The position numbers and the translations under genes were made by a program. The notes beneath the pieces were generated by a model. That model was not told the origin of the DNA. It saw nothing but the letters and a program-made list of their open reading frames with translations, and ran no database searches. This document shows, one piece after another, positions 10,101-17,512 of a DNA stretch of 64,000 nucleotides (its first letter is position 1; each line of letters starts with the position of its first letter). This DNA comes from Bacteroidia bacterium (GTDB taxonomy: Bacteria; Bacteroidota; Bacteroidia; NS11-12g; UBA955). The stretch covers positions 21,442 through 85,441 of the forward strand of contig JBGAKR010000005.1 in the NCBI GenBank assembly GCA_044224315.1, written 5' to 3'.

Positions 10101-10521
10101 ATGGAAAGAACATTTGCGTGAATTGGACGAGCTGAAAGAAAGCGTGCGCAATGCAAGTTATGAGCAAAAAGACCCGATTTTGATTTACAAAATTGAGAGT
10201 TTCGAAATGTTTGGAAACATGCTCAACCGATTGAATAACCGGGTATTGGGCCTGTTATTCCGCAGCACCATTGATACAGGCGACGAGGTTGAAGAAGCCC
10301 GCATACCGGTACGTAAAAACAATCCAAAGGTAAAAGCTGGCCGGGAGGATTTAAATCCGGTGGTTACAGGTGGTGGCGGACAGCATATGCCCCCTCCGCA
10401 GCCCGAGATGGAACGCATTCCACAGGCTCCCATCGTGAACGAAATGAAAGTGGGCCGCAACGACCCATGCCCCTGCGGAAGCGGTAAAAAATTCAAAAAT
10501 TGCCACGGAAAAGAAGGGTAA
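7186..10521 (+). CDS. secA: Preprotein translocase ATPase SecA.
   Basis: 1111 aa. DEAD-like motor domains (MATGEGKT, DEVDS), and the C-terminal zinc-binding motif CPCGSGKKFKNCHG. Confidence 0.97.
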   Translation: MIGGLIKSISKAFGGNKSDRDLREVTPIVDAVNSFYQQYQSLSNDELRNKTNEFIGRINEYLVDVDGEIAASTQKLAETPEDDTEVRDGLFHQLDELEKARDNKLEEILDQLLPEAFAVVKETANRFSQNSIVEAKATDLDRELSVSKPHIKIVGDKVQYANEWIAAGGQIKWNMVHYDVQLIGGWALHKGKIAEMATGEGKTLVSTLPSYLNALGKRGVHLVTVNDYLARRDAEWNAPIFNFLGLTVDCLEYHQPNSAERRKAYQADITYGTNNEFGFDYLRDNMAHSPEEQVQRKHHFAMVDEVDSVLVDDARTPLIISGPTPHGDDQQFEALKPRIQKLVEAQKKYINTALNDAKKLIAEGNTGYKEGEGGLALLRAHRGLPKNKSLIKFLGESGVRAILTKTESHYLQDQQKEMPKADEPLYFTIEEKTNSVDLTERGIELITGQGEEAHFFVMPDVGSEIAEIEKAGGSDEEKRRKKEELMRDFAVKSDRIHSVQQLLKAYTMFEKDVEYIVQDNKVKIVDEQTGRVLDGRRYSDGLHQAIEAKENVNVEAATQTYATITLQNFFRMYHKLAGMTGTAETEAQELWDIYKLAVMVIPTNKNVIRKDFEDQVYKTVREKFNAVIDEINKLTAEGRPVLVGTTSVEVSEVLSRMLKMRGIKHNVLNAKQHQREAEIVAEAGKAGAVTIATNMAGRGTDIKIGEDVKAAGGLAIIGTERHDSRRVDRQLRGRAGRQGDPGTSRFYVSLEDDLMRIFGAERVSKFMDRFGYKEGDVIEHKWMSKTIERNQKRMEHNNFGIRKRLLEYDDVMNKQRTNIYRMRRNALYGDRLSIDLRNMVYNWCEAQVATAKAADSFTDLEMEVLKTLAMGVPFTEDDFRKGKEEALAEELFNYLLERYHQKTEEMRTQALPVFKNIRAEQGDRIENVVVPMSDGFHKFQILVSMDKALKNDCRELVHEFEKLTTLQIIDDEWKEHLRELDELKESVRNASYEQKDPILIYKIESFEMFGNMLNRLNNRVLGLLFRSTIDTGDEVEEARIPVRKNNPKVKAGREDLNPVVTGGGGQHMPPPQPEMERIPQAPIVNEMKVGRNDPCPCGSGKKFKNCHGKEG

Positions 10522-10532
10522 AATTAATTTAA

Positions 10533-10566
10533 AAAAAACCGGTTTTTTAAACCGGTTTTTTTATTT
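10533..10566. terminator. Bidirectional intrinsic terminator between secA (+) and the convergent OMP gene (-).
   Basis: Two copies of the self-complementary AAAACCGGTTTT, flanked by A- and T-runs. Confidence 0.55.
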
Positions 10567-10625
10567 GAAATAAAAAATCATTTATCCATGCAGGTGATAA
10601 ATGAAAAGTACAGTCGAAGGAAATC

Positions 10626-11276
10626 TTAATAAAACAGGTACCCGAAAGTGAGGCTAAAACTATGGTGTTGGGCTTCCTGCCCGTTTATTGTACCCAAAGA
10701 AGTTAGCGGTCCATTGCTGCGCACATTTACATAATAATAATTTTCGCGGGCCTTGGCGGTAATTCCAAGACCATAAGTATAACTTAAATTAGTTGGATTT
10801 ATACCGCTTAAACTTTGGCCGGTATATCCGTAGTTATCATTGCGGTTTGCATCAGAATAAACCCTTGAGCTGGCCGCGAAAATATTAAAATTCATACCCG
10901 CTCCGGCTAGCGCATTGAAACTTAAATTATCATTACCCAGGTATAAACGGGCAATCAATGGCACTTCTAAATCTACCAATGTATAGGTTTCTTTAAAATT
11001 ATAGGTTTGGCTGGGAAATCCGGCTTTCTCTGATCCATTAAAAACACCACCTTTGCTGGTGCCCACCACATCCAAACCAAGCCCAAATAATGGATTGAAT
11101 CTATAGCAAGAACTTGCACCAACTGTAAATGCAATTTTAGGATCCACCGCACCTAATCCCGGGGCTTTCATATCGGCCTGGCCAATACCCACCACGCTGC
11201 CAATTCCGAGCTGAGCAAATGCACTGTAAGTATTGAATACCAACAGGCTAAGTAGAAAAAGAGTTTTGTTTTTCAT
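10626..11276 (-). CDS. Outer-membrane beta-barrel protein (porin / OmpA-like barrel family).
   Basis: Signal peptide MKNKTLFLLSLLVFNTYSAFAQ. Alternating beta-strand pattern. Aromatic C-terminus ...LTFGYLFY. Confidence 0.6.
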   Translation of the reverse strand: MKNKTLFLLSLLVFNTYSAFAQLGIGSVVGIGQADMKAPGLGAVDPKIAFTVGASSCYRFNPLFGLGLDVVGTSKGGVFNGSEKAGFPSQTYNFKETYTLVDLEVPLIARLYLGNDNLSFNALAGAGMNFNIFAASSRVYSDANRNDNYGYTGQSLSGINPTNLSYTYGLGITAKARENYYYVNVRSNGPLTSLGTINGQEAQHHSFSLTFGYLFY

Positions 11277-11328
11277 AGAGTTTTAGTTTAAGATTGTTTG
11301 GTAAAATTACTTTTAAATTTATAAATAA

Positions 11329-11366
11329 AAAAAAGGCCGCCCGCCCAAGCGGACGACCTTTCCAGG
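11329..11366 (-). terminator. Intrinsic terminator downstream of the DUF4382 gene (minus strand).
   Basis: The minus strand reads ggtcgtccgc-ttgg-gcgggcggcc (imperfect GC-rich hairpin) followed by a T9 run. Confidence 0.5.
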
Positions 11367-11372
11367 AAGCTA

Positions 11373-11918
11373 TCACAATTTGGTGACTGATTTTACCGTA
11401 ATTCCGGGTTTCAGATTAAATCCTCCGTTGCCAAGTACAACTACAGATTTAAGTGCATCAAAATCCAGTGTTACCTGATAGTTTGCGTTGGCATCGATAA
11501 CCGTATCGAGGTTTATCTTTAAGCCAGTTTGCCCGCCGGAGGGAATTTTAAGCGCAAACTCTGCAGAATCAACAACCACCGTATTGTGAGTACCCAAAAT
11601 GAGTCGGATCTGGTGAATTTTACCCGCTGGTAATTTAGTACCTGTTGCAATTACAGCCGTAACATCATTTTGCAGCTTTAGCAAATCATACACTCCCGCG
11701 TTTGTAGCCAGGGTCACCCAACCTCCGGATGCCCCTGCAGAATCGGTGTAATGTACCTGCACTTCTTTGATTTCCACATTTACTTCATCGTACAATGCGG
11801 GTGCATCGGTCATTTTCACCACTAATTTACCGGCTGCCATATTTAATTTACGACAACCGGCGCTGAAAATGGCCACTGCCATGGTAATAATCAGCAATTT
11901 TTTACTGTGCTTTTTCAT
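11373..11918 (-). CDS. DUF4382 family lipoprotein.
   Basis: Lipoprotein signal MKKHSKKLLIITMAVAIFSAGC. Conserved KMTDAPA motif near the mature N-terminus. Paralogous to 16488-17303. Confidence 0.6.
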   Translation of the reverse strand: MKKHSKKLLIITMAVAIFSAGCRKLNMAAGKLVVKMTDAPALYDEVNVEIKEVQVHYTDSAGASGGWVTLATNAGVYDLLKLQNDVTAVIATGTKLPAGKIHQIRLILGTHNTVVVDSAEFALKIPSGGQTGLKINLDTVIDANANYQVTLDFDALKSVVVLGNGGFNLKPGITVKSVTKL

Positions 11919-11955
11919 ACTATTCCTTTCATTTTTTAGGTGAGTTTATTTTTTT

Positions 11956-12459
11956 TTAGAACACAAATCGTACCGCCAAACCTGGGTCCAGCGCGGTCAT
12001 CCAATATCCGGCAGAGTTTCTCTCTATGTATGGTTTCACATCCATGCTGAAGGTTACTGGTGCAGTTTTTAATTTATATTCCAATCCTAAAATCCCATCA
12101 ATTCCTGCCATATTCTCATTCAAATAGTAATCATAATATTTTCTATTTCTGGGATAATAAAAATATCGGGTTTGATAGGTTGAAATGTGGAATCCTCCGC
12201 CATAATAGTAGCTCAAATTTGGGGTACCTGTATTCTTATAGGTTTCAATCAACAAAGTTAAATTGGCATCATAAGGACGGAATCCAAACATTCCTTCAAT
12301 GTAATTGCGGTTGCCTATATTCTGCTTTACAGAAATTCCGCTGGTCCATCCGGTTCTGAAGCCAAAAGCAGTGTTATACAACTTTTGTCCATGGACCTGA
12401 TTGGTTGCACAAAATGCCAGCAACCAGGTTAATCGTTTGATTCTTTTTAGGTTTTTCAT
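11956..12459 (-). CDS. Hypothetical secreted protein, possibly a small outer-membrane beta-barrel protein.
   Basis: Signal peptide MKNLKRIKRLTWLLAFCATNQVHGQ. Aromatic/Gly-rich alternating sequence. C-terminus ...LAVRFVF. Confidence 0.45.
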   Translation of the reverse strand: MKNLKRIKRLTWLLAFCATNQVHGQKLYNTAFGFRTGWTSGISVKQNIGNRNYIEGMFGFRPYDANLTLLIETYKNTGTPNLSYYYGGGFHISTYQTRYFYYPRNRKYYDYYLNENMAGIDGILGLEYKLKTAPVTFSMDVKPYIERNSAGYWMTALDPGLAVRFVF

Positions 12460-12549
12460 AGTGCTTAACGATTAGGGTTGTTTACCGAATAGATTTCAAT
12501 CTTTATTCCATCTATGCCAATCATTCATTTTCAAGCACATAGCCAATAG

Positions 12550-12567
12550 AAAGGAATTAATTCCTTT
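12550..12567. promoter_or_regulatory. Perfect 18-bp palindrome AAAGGAATTAATTCCTTT between the response-regulator stop and the downstream gene; a candidate operator.
   Basis: Perfect inverted repeat read directly from the sequence. AT-rich, and not followed by a T-run on the transcribed (minus) strand. Confidence 0.3.
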
Positions 12568-12581
12568 GCATTTTGCCTTTT

Positions 12582-12602
12582 ATTTTCTCATTTTGAGAAA
12601 AT
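12582..12602. promoter_or_regulatory. 9-3-9 palindrome ATTTTCTCA-TTT-TGAGAAAAT; a candidate regulator-binding site. A near-identical copy lies at 17414-17434.
   Basis: Perfect inverted repeat about 10 nt downstream of the response-regulator stop and about 125 nt upstream of the 11956-12459 start. Confidence 0.35.
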
Positions 12603-12611
12603 AATGGGGAG

Positions 12612-13964
12612 TTAATCCGCCTGAAACTCCTTAAGAATGCGATAAATTGTAGCCGGACTTATATCCAATTTTTGCGCAACTGTTTGAATATCTTTTTGGT
12701 ATTTATTCAGCATAAATTGAATGATTTTATAAGTATATTCTCTCAAGGTAAATTCTGACTGTAATAATTGCTGTAACTCATCCGAACGCTGAAAAACAAG
12801 ATCTGATGGAGTAACATAATCCGTATCGGACAATACAACGGCAGTTTCAATCACTGATTTCAATTCGCGTACATTGCCTGGAAATGAATGCGACAACAAC
12901 AAGGATTGTGCTTCTGGTGTTAATTTTTTTTCTCTAATTTTATTCTCAGAACAAAAGCGTTGTATGAATTCTGAAGCCAGAATTAATACATCATGCCCAC
13001 GCTCTCTAAGCGGCGGCAATTGCAGAGTTAAACCCATGATGCGGTAATACAAATCCTCTCTGAATGTTCCGTTTTTTACTTCTTCTGCCAGGTTTTTATG
13101 TGTGGCAACAATTAATCTGAAATTTGTTTTTTTAATTGAATTGCTTCCAATGGGTGAGTATTCTTTTTCCTGTAAAACCCTCAACAATTTGGTTTGTAAG
13201 GCCAAATCCAACTCTGCAATTTCATCCAAAAAAAGAGTGCCATTATTGGCTTCTTCAAATCGTCCTTTGCGAGCACTAATGGCACCCGTAAATGCCCCTT
13301 TTTCGTGACCAAACAATTCGCTTTCTACCAACTCTTTAGACAGTGCCGCAATATTTACCGGAACATAGGCTTTATCCCTGCGATCTGAATTATAATGAAT
13401 GGCTTTAGCTACCAATTCTTTTCCGGTGCCGGTTTCTCCCGTAATAAAAATATTAATATTGGTATTTGCCGCCTTGCGCATCAATTCAAATACTGCAAGC
13501 AAAGATTTGCTATTGCCTATTATAGCAGATTGGAAATCATATTTCTTTTCAACTTCCTGCTGTAAAACGGCAATTTTCTTTTCCAGGTTGGTGGTGCGAA
13601 TTAGGTGGCTTAGGGTATTTAAAAGCCGTTCCTTTATTTCGGTATTTTTTACCAGGTAATCATAAGCACCATCTTTAAGCAATCCAACTGCAACTTCAAT
13701 CTCCTCCTGCTCGCTGATCACCACCACTTTAATTGAATCATTAATACTTTTTATTTGATGTATCAATTCATCACCCGTCATATCGGGCAGGCGGTAATCT
13801 ACCGTAATCAAATCAGGTTGTTTGTTCAAGTTTTTAAGCAATTCTCCTGCGGTAGTAAAGCTCTCCACTTCTACTTCCGGATTTAATGATACCGTGTGCA
13901 CAATAAGCTTATTGTACCAAGCATCATCCTCTACTACAAACACTTTAAATAGGCGATTTGGCAT
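12612..13964 (-). CDS. Sigma-54-dependent response regulator (NtrC family): receiver domain, AAA+ sigma54-activator domain and Fis-type HTH.
   Basis: Receiver phospho-Asp context LITVDYRLPDMTG. Walker A GETGTGKE. GAFTGA sigma54-contact motif. R-finger region. C-terminal HTH (ATIYRILKEF). ATG at 13964. Confidence 0.9.
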   Translation of the reverse strand: MPNRLFKVFVVEDDAWYNKLIVHTVSLNPEVEVESFTTAGELLKNLNKQPDLITVDYRLPDMTGDELIHQIKSINDSIKVVVISEQEEIEVAVGLLKDGAYDYLVKNTEIKERLLNTLSHLIRTTNLEKKIAVLQQEVEKKYDFQSAIIGNSKSLLAVFELMRKAANTNINIFITGETGTGKELVAKAIHYNSDRRDKAYVPVNIAALSKELVESELFGHEKGAFTGAISARKGRFEEANNGTLFLDEIAELDLALQTKLLRVLQEKEYSPIGSNSIKKTNFRLIVATHKNLAEEVKNGTFREDLYYRIMGLTLQLPPLRERGHDVLILASEFIQRFCSENKIREKKLTPEAQSLLLSHSFPGNVRELKSVIETAVVLSDTDYVTPSDLVFQRSDELQQLLQSEFTLREYTYKIIQFMLNKYQKDIQTVAQKLDISPATIYRILKEFQAD

Positions 13965-13995
13965 ATTCCCTGCATACAAAGGAACTAAAAAACAG

Positions 13996-14022
13996 GCTTA
14001 AAACCCCAGTTTTTTTTAAGCC
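13996..14022 (-). terminator. Weak AT-rich hairpin plus U-run between the kinase and regulator genes; a possible partial terminator or attenuator.
   Basis: The minus strand reads gcttaaaa-(loop)-ttttaagc followed by ctgtttttt. Confidence 0.25.
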
Positions 14023-14057
14023 ACAATCAAGCAAGCAGTTACACAAAACAGGAATCC

Positions 14058-16475
14058 TTATTTATCAGGTTTAAAGGTCTCTAAACCCTTAAATTCGGCT
14101 TGGAGCAATCTTTCCAAGCTTGCATAAAGTTCGGGCAATTTATCCTTTCTCTCAGTTCTGGCTTCTGCTTCCATTTCTTTCAAAATTGAAACCACAGTTT
14201 TGAGATGCAAATGTCGGCAAGGAGGTACCATAACATGTGCCAAATCGCCAATTTCCTTCCATTTGGTTAACTCAATATTATTTCGCAATTCAACGAGATT
14301 CTTAGAAGTATTTTCAATAAAAACGGCAACCATTTCTTTGGCAAATGTTTCATCCCCATCCGCCATTTTTAATAAATCAGTCATACTAAATTCAAGCTCA
14401 CCCGGATTGCTTATCAATTTGGTTTCTATATTCACTTCCTGCATGAATGCATCATTTTCCGCCCATACTTTTCCTAAAATTTGAATTAATTCTATTTCAG
14501 AAAATGGCTTCTGCAATGCCAGGTGAATGCCTGAAAATTGTCCTTCATCCATAATTTCCTGCGGATTTCCGGCAGTTAAAGCTATCATCGGAGTAGCAAA
14601 ATTTAAATGTTTTGAATTGCCTGCAATTCCACTCGCCACTTCAAATCCGGTAAGGCCTGGCATTCTTATATCCAATAAAACCGCATCATATTTATGCGCA
14701 TTCAATAAGGATGCGGCATCGGTACCGTTAAAACAAACATCGTATCTGGCACCCCATTTTTTCAAAATGGTTTCCAATAACTTGGTATTGTACAACTCAT
14801 CATCTGCAATTAAAAAATATTTATCCTTAAATTGTTTGCCAGACATTGTTTTCTTTGTAGACTTTGGCTTTGCCTGAGACAATCTGAATGGCAAGCCCAC
14901 CGCAACCGAAGTACCTAGGCCTTTCTCGCTGGTTAATTTAATATTTCCTCCGAGCAATGTAACTAATTTTTTGGCGATAGTTAAGCCCAGACCTGTGCCT
15001 GTAAAACGGGCATTTTCAATCTGATTCTCCTGCTCATACTCTTCAAAAATCAGGTTTAGTTTTTCACCGGAAATGCCTTTGCCTGTATCCGAAATTATAA
15101 TATTCAGATGGAGAATTGCATTGATTTTATCTAGCTCTGAATGAACTTTTATTTTTACATTTCCCTTATCTGTAAATTTAACCGCATTGGCCAATAAATT
15201 AATGATTATTTGTTTAAAGCTTATTGCATCTCCTTCCACCATAGGAAGCGATTCTAAATCACCCTCCTGCTTTAATTCCAAACCTTTTTCTTCAACCATA
15301 GGCTGAACAATTAAAACAGCATCATGCAGTGCTTCTCCGGGCAAGAAATCATCCGACCTTGGCACAAATTTATCGGCATCAATCCGCGAAATATCCAGAA
15401 TATTGTTAATCAGATTTAATAGATGTTCGCTTGACTTTTTTATGATGGCAATTTCGGCCTGGGTGTCGCCTGTATGCCCAGGAGTGAGCAATTGTCCGGC
15501 AAACCCTATTATGGCATGCAAGGGAGTTCGAATCTCGTGCGACATGTTGGCTAAAAACATTTCTTTTGCGACCGCCAGCTTTTCAGAACTGCGTTTTGCC
15601 AATGCAAGTTGCCGCGTAATTTCGCGCACTTTTTGAATATAACTAACTATGACGTATCCCATTAAAAACATGAGTACTGCCAGCACAATGCAAAACACAG
15701 CTATCAGCACATTGGTTTGGGAAGCCAGGGCATCCGCTTCTTTGGATTGTAACAAAATACCACGCTGATATTTAATTTCTAACTGATTAATTAAATTGCG
15801 TATTCGAGCCATAATCTGCCCATCTTTTTGGGTAATTTCCAACATCACCTTTGCACGTTCAGCTGCATTTTCAGCTTCAAGGTAACGCATAGTTTCAATC
15901 TCAGTTTGAATGTCCAATTCAGGTATGGTTGCTCCGCCTGATTTACGTTTGCGGGTGCCAAATATCTTCTTAAGAAAACCCGACTCCGCATCAGTTCCTG
16001 TAATTGCATCCGGGCTTGCTTTTTCAGACAATTCCTCCAGAATGGCCTGCATTCTGCCGGTATCCCTTGCGTTTACAAATTGGTTTAATACAATAAATTT
16101 TAATTGCACCAGATTACTTAAAGAATCTACCATCGCTCCGGATGAATCCAAAGATTGAATTTTCTTCAACCGTTTCAGATTCTTATCTATATGGTTCACA
16201 GTTTCGGAATAAGGTACTAGGTACTTCGGTTGGTTGGTAATTGTAAAAGATTTTATATAGCCTTCGGCATCAGAAATTTGTGAAATTATAATTTTCATTA
16301 AATATAATCTTTCATCGGGGTGGGCACTTTTTTCTACCCCCTTTACTATTTTATTCATTGAAAACCAAGCCAATATCCCAATTGATACCACTACCAGTAC
16401 TGCACCGGCAAATCCAAGCATCAATCGCCATTCGATGGTAATTTTCTTTACTGGTTTTTTTAATATCCTGTTCAT
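14058..16475 (-). CDS. Hybrid sensor histidine kinase. Domains in order: N-terminal TM sensor region, HisKA, HATPase_c, receiver, and a probable C-terminal HPt-like region.
   Basis: TM helices at the N-terminus and around VLIAVFCIVLAVLMFLMGYVIV. H-box MSHEIRTPLHAIIGF. N/G boxes (NLLANAVKFT, DTGKGI, GTGLGLTIAKK). Receiver FLIADDELYNTKLLE...DAVLLDIRMPGLTG. C-terminal helical region with His residues. Confidence 0.9.
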   Translation of the reverse strand: MNRILKKPVKKITIEWRLMLGFAGAVLVVVSIGILAWFSMNKIVKGVEKSAHPDERLYLMKIIISQISDAEGYIKSFTITNQPKYLVPYSETVNHIDKNLKRLKKIQSLDSSGAMVDSLSNLVQLKFIVLNQFVNARDTGRMQAILEELSEKASPDAITGTDAESGFLKKIFGTRKRKSGGATIPELDIQTEIETMRYLEAENAAERAKVMLEITQKDGQIMARIRNLINQLEIKYQRGILLQSKEADALASQTNVLIAVFCIVLAVLMFLMGYVIVSYIQKVREITRQLALAKRSSEKLAVAKEMFLANMSHEIRTPLHAIIGFAGQLLTPGHTGDTQAEIAIIKKSSEHLLNLINNILDISRIDADKFVPRSDDFLPGEALHDAVLIVQPMVEEKGLELKQEGDLESLPMVEGDAISFKQIIINLLANAVKFTDKGNVKIKVHSELDKINAILHLNIIISDTGKGISGEKLNLIFEEYEQENQIENARFTGTGLGLTIAKKLVTLLGGNIKLTSEKGLGTSVAVGLPFRLSQAKPKSTKKTMSGKQFKDKYFLIADDELYNTKLLETILKKWGARYDVCFNGTDAASLLNAHKYDAVLLDIRMPGLTGFEVASGIAGNSKHLNFATPMIALTAGNPQEIMDEGQFSGIHLALQKPFSEIELIQILGKVWAENDAFMQEVNIETKLISNPGELEFSMTDLLKMADGDETFAKEMVAVFIENTSKNLVELRNNIELTKWKEIGDLAHVMVPPCRHLHLKTVVSILKEMEAEARTERKDKLPELYASLERLLQAEFKGLETFKPDK

Positions 16476-16487
16476 TTTGCTTGTTTT

Positions 16488-17303
16488 TTATTGTTGAAAA
16501 TACACTTCACTTATTTCTCCCTGAATAACTTTCACTTCGGTAAACCACGATTGCTTTTGATGGGGCAATCGCAATTTGCTTTTTAGTGGTCGGGTTAATA
16601 TGGTATAATTTGCAGGTTCAATTCCACGCATTAAAAAAGCGCCGGTCATATTGGTATAGGCACTAAATGTTTCTTTAAAATTGGTGGCGTAAACAATAGC
16701 TCGCTGACTGCCAGGCACCACCCCCCAAAAACCTGTATCGGGATCAGAAATATGGGTAATAACAGGATTTAATTCAAAAAAAGGATTTGCAAAACGCACC
16801 GACCTCGACACATCGAAATCAATTAAAACTGATGTATTCGTAGAGAACACAACCGGAGTTTCTAACTCGATTTCAACCTGATTGCTATTTTTTAAATACA
16901 AATTGATTTGCTTTTTTGTAATTAAATGATTGTTTTTTATTTTCTCTTCATCTTCTACCAACAGAACATTATTAGCGCCAAATTTAATCCGCAAATGGGT
17001 AAAAATTTCTATTTTACCCTGAATGAGTTTTTTATGTGCAAGTTCCAACTCACGGCCATTGGTTAGTTGCAGCACATCAAATCGGGCATTGACAATATCC
17101 ATGGGTTGCCAGCCTCCATCCAGTGAATAAACCTCTACCTCCAGTACCTCTACGATCAGGCCTTTAAAACTGGCTGGGTTGTCGGTAATACGAACAGTAA
17201 ATACCGGGGCTGCCAACGATGCGGCATACAGGGTTTTGGCAAAAGTCGAAAAAATTGACCCCTGTTTTTTTACTTTTTCAAGTTCTATGATTTGCCCACC
17301 CAT
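16488..17303 (-). CDS. DUF4382-like protein, paralogous to 11373-11918, with no obvious signal peptide. Its stop is 13 nt upstream of the kinase start.
   Basis: RITDNPASFKGLIVEVLEVEVYSLDGGW aligns with KMTDAPALYDEVNVEIKEVQVHYTD..GGW of the other copy. ATG at 17303 (preceded by a TTG). Confidence 0.5.
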   Translation of the reverse strand: MGGQIIELEKVKKQGSIFSTFAKTLYAASLAAPVFTVRITDNPASFKGLIVEVLEVEVYSLDGGWQPMDIVNARFDVLQLTNGRELELAHKKLIQGKIEIFTHLRIKFGANNVLLVEDEEKIKNNHLITKKQINLYLKNSNQVEIELETPVVFSTNTSVLIDFDVSRSVRFANPFFELNPVITHISDPDTGFWGVVPGSQRAIVYATNFKETFSAYTNMTGAFLMRGIEPANYTILTRPLKSKLRLPHQKQSWFTEVKVIQGEISEVYFQQ

Positions 17304-17413
17304 CAATGGTGCTATTACAAACCCGCGTCCAATTTTTTTATGAATTTACTTTTACTTTAATTAATAAACTATCAATCGGTTAAACGCCACTGATTAAGAA
17401 CACAACACTTCAG

Positions 17414-17434
17414 AATTTCTCAAATTGAGAAAAC
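17414..17434. promoter_or_regulatory. Palindrome ATTTCTCAA-A-TTGAGAAAA in the divergent promoter region between the DUF4382/HK/RR unit and the S46 peptidase. Same motif as 12582-12602.
   Basis: TTCTCAA-A-TTGAGAA is a perfect 7-1-7 inverted repeat. An additional TTCTCA half-site lies at 17463-17468. An imperfect aaccatcc...gggtggtt hairpin is adjacent. Confidence 0.35.
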
Positions 17435-17512
17435 CATCCTCAATTTGAAATTCGCAGGGTGGTTCTCAAAATTCAATGCACACAATTCCTTGATTGTATA
17501 CCTTTGCAGTAT

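Noticed and set aside
12460-12611. A possible sigma54 -24/-12 promoter TGGCTATGTGCTTGA upstream of 11956-12459.
   Set aside because: The -12 element is TTGA, not the highly conserved TTGC. It is too weak to call without genome-wide scoring.
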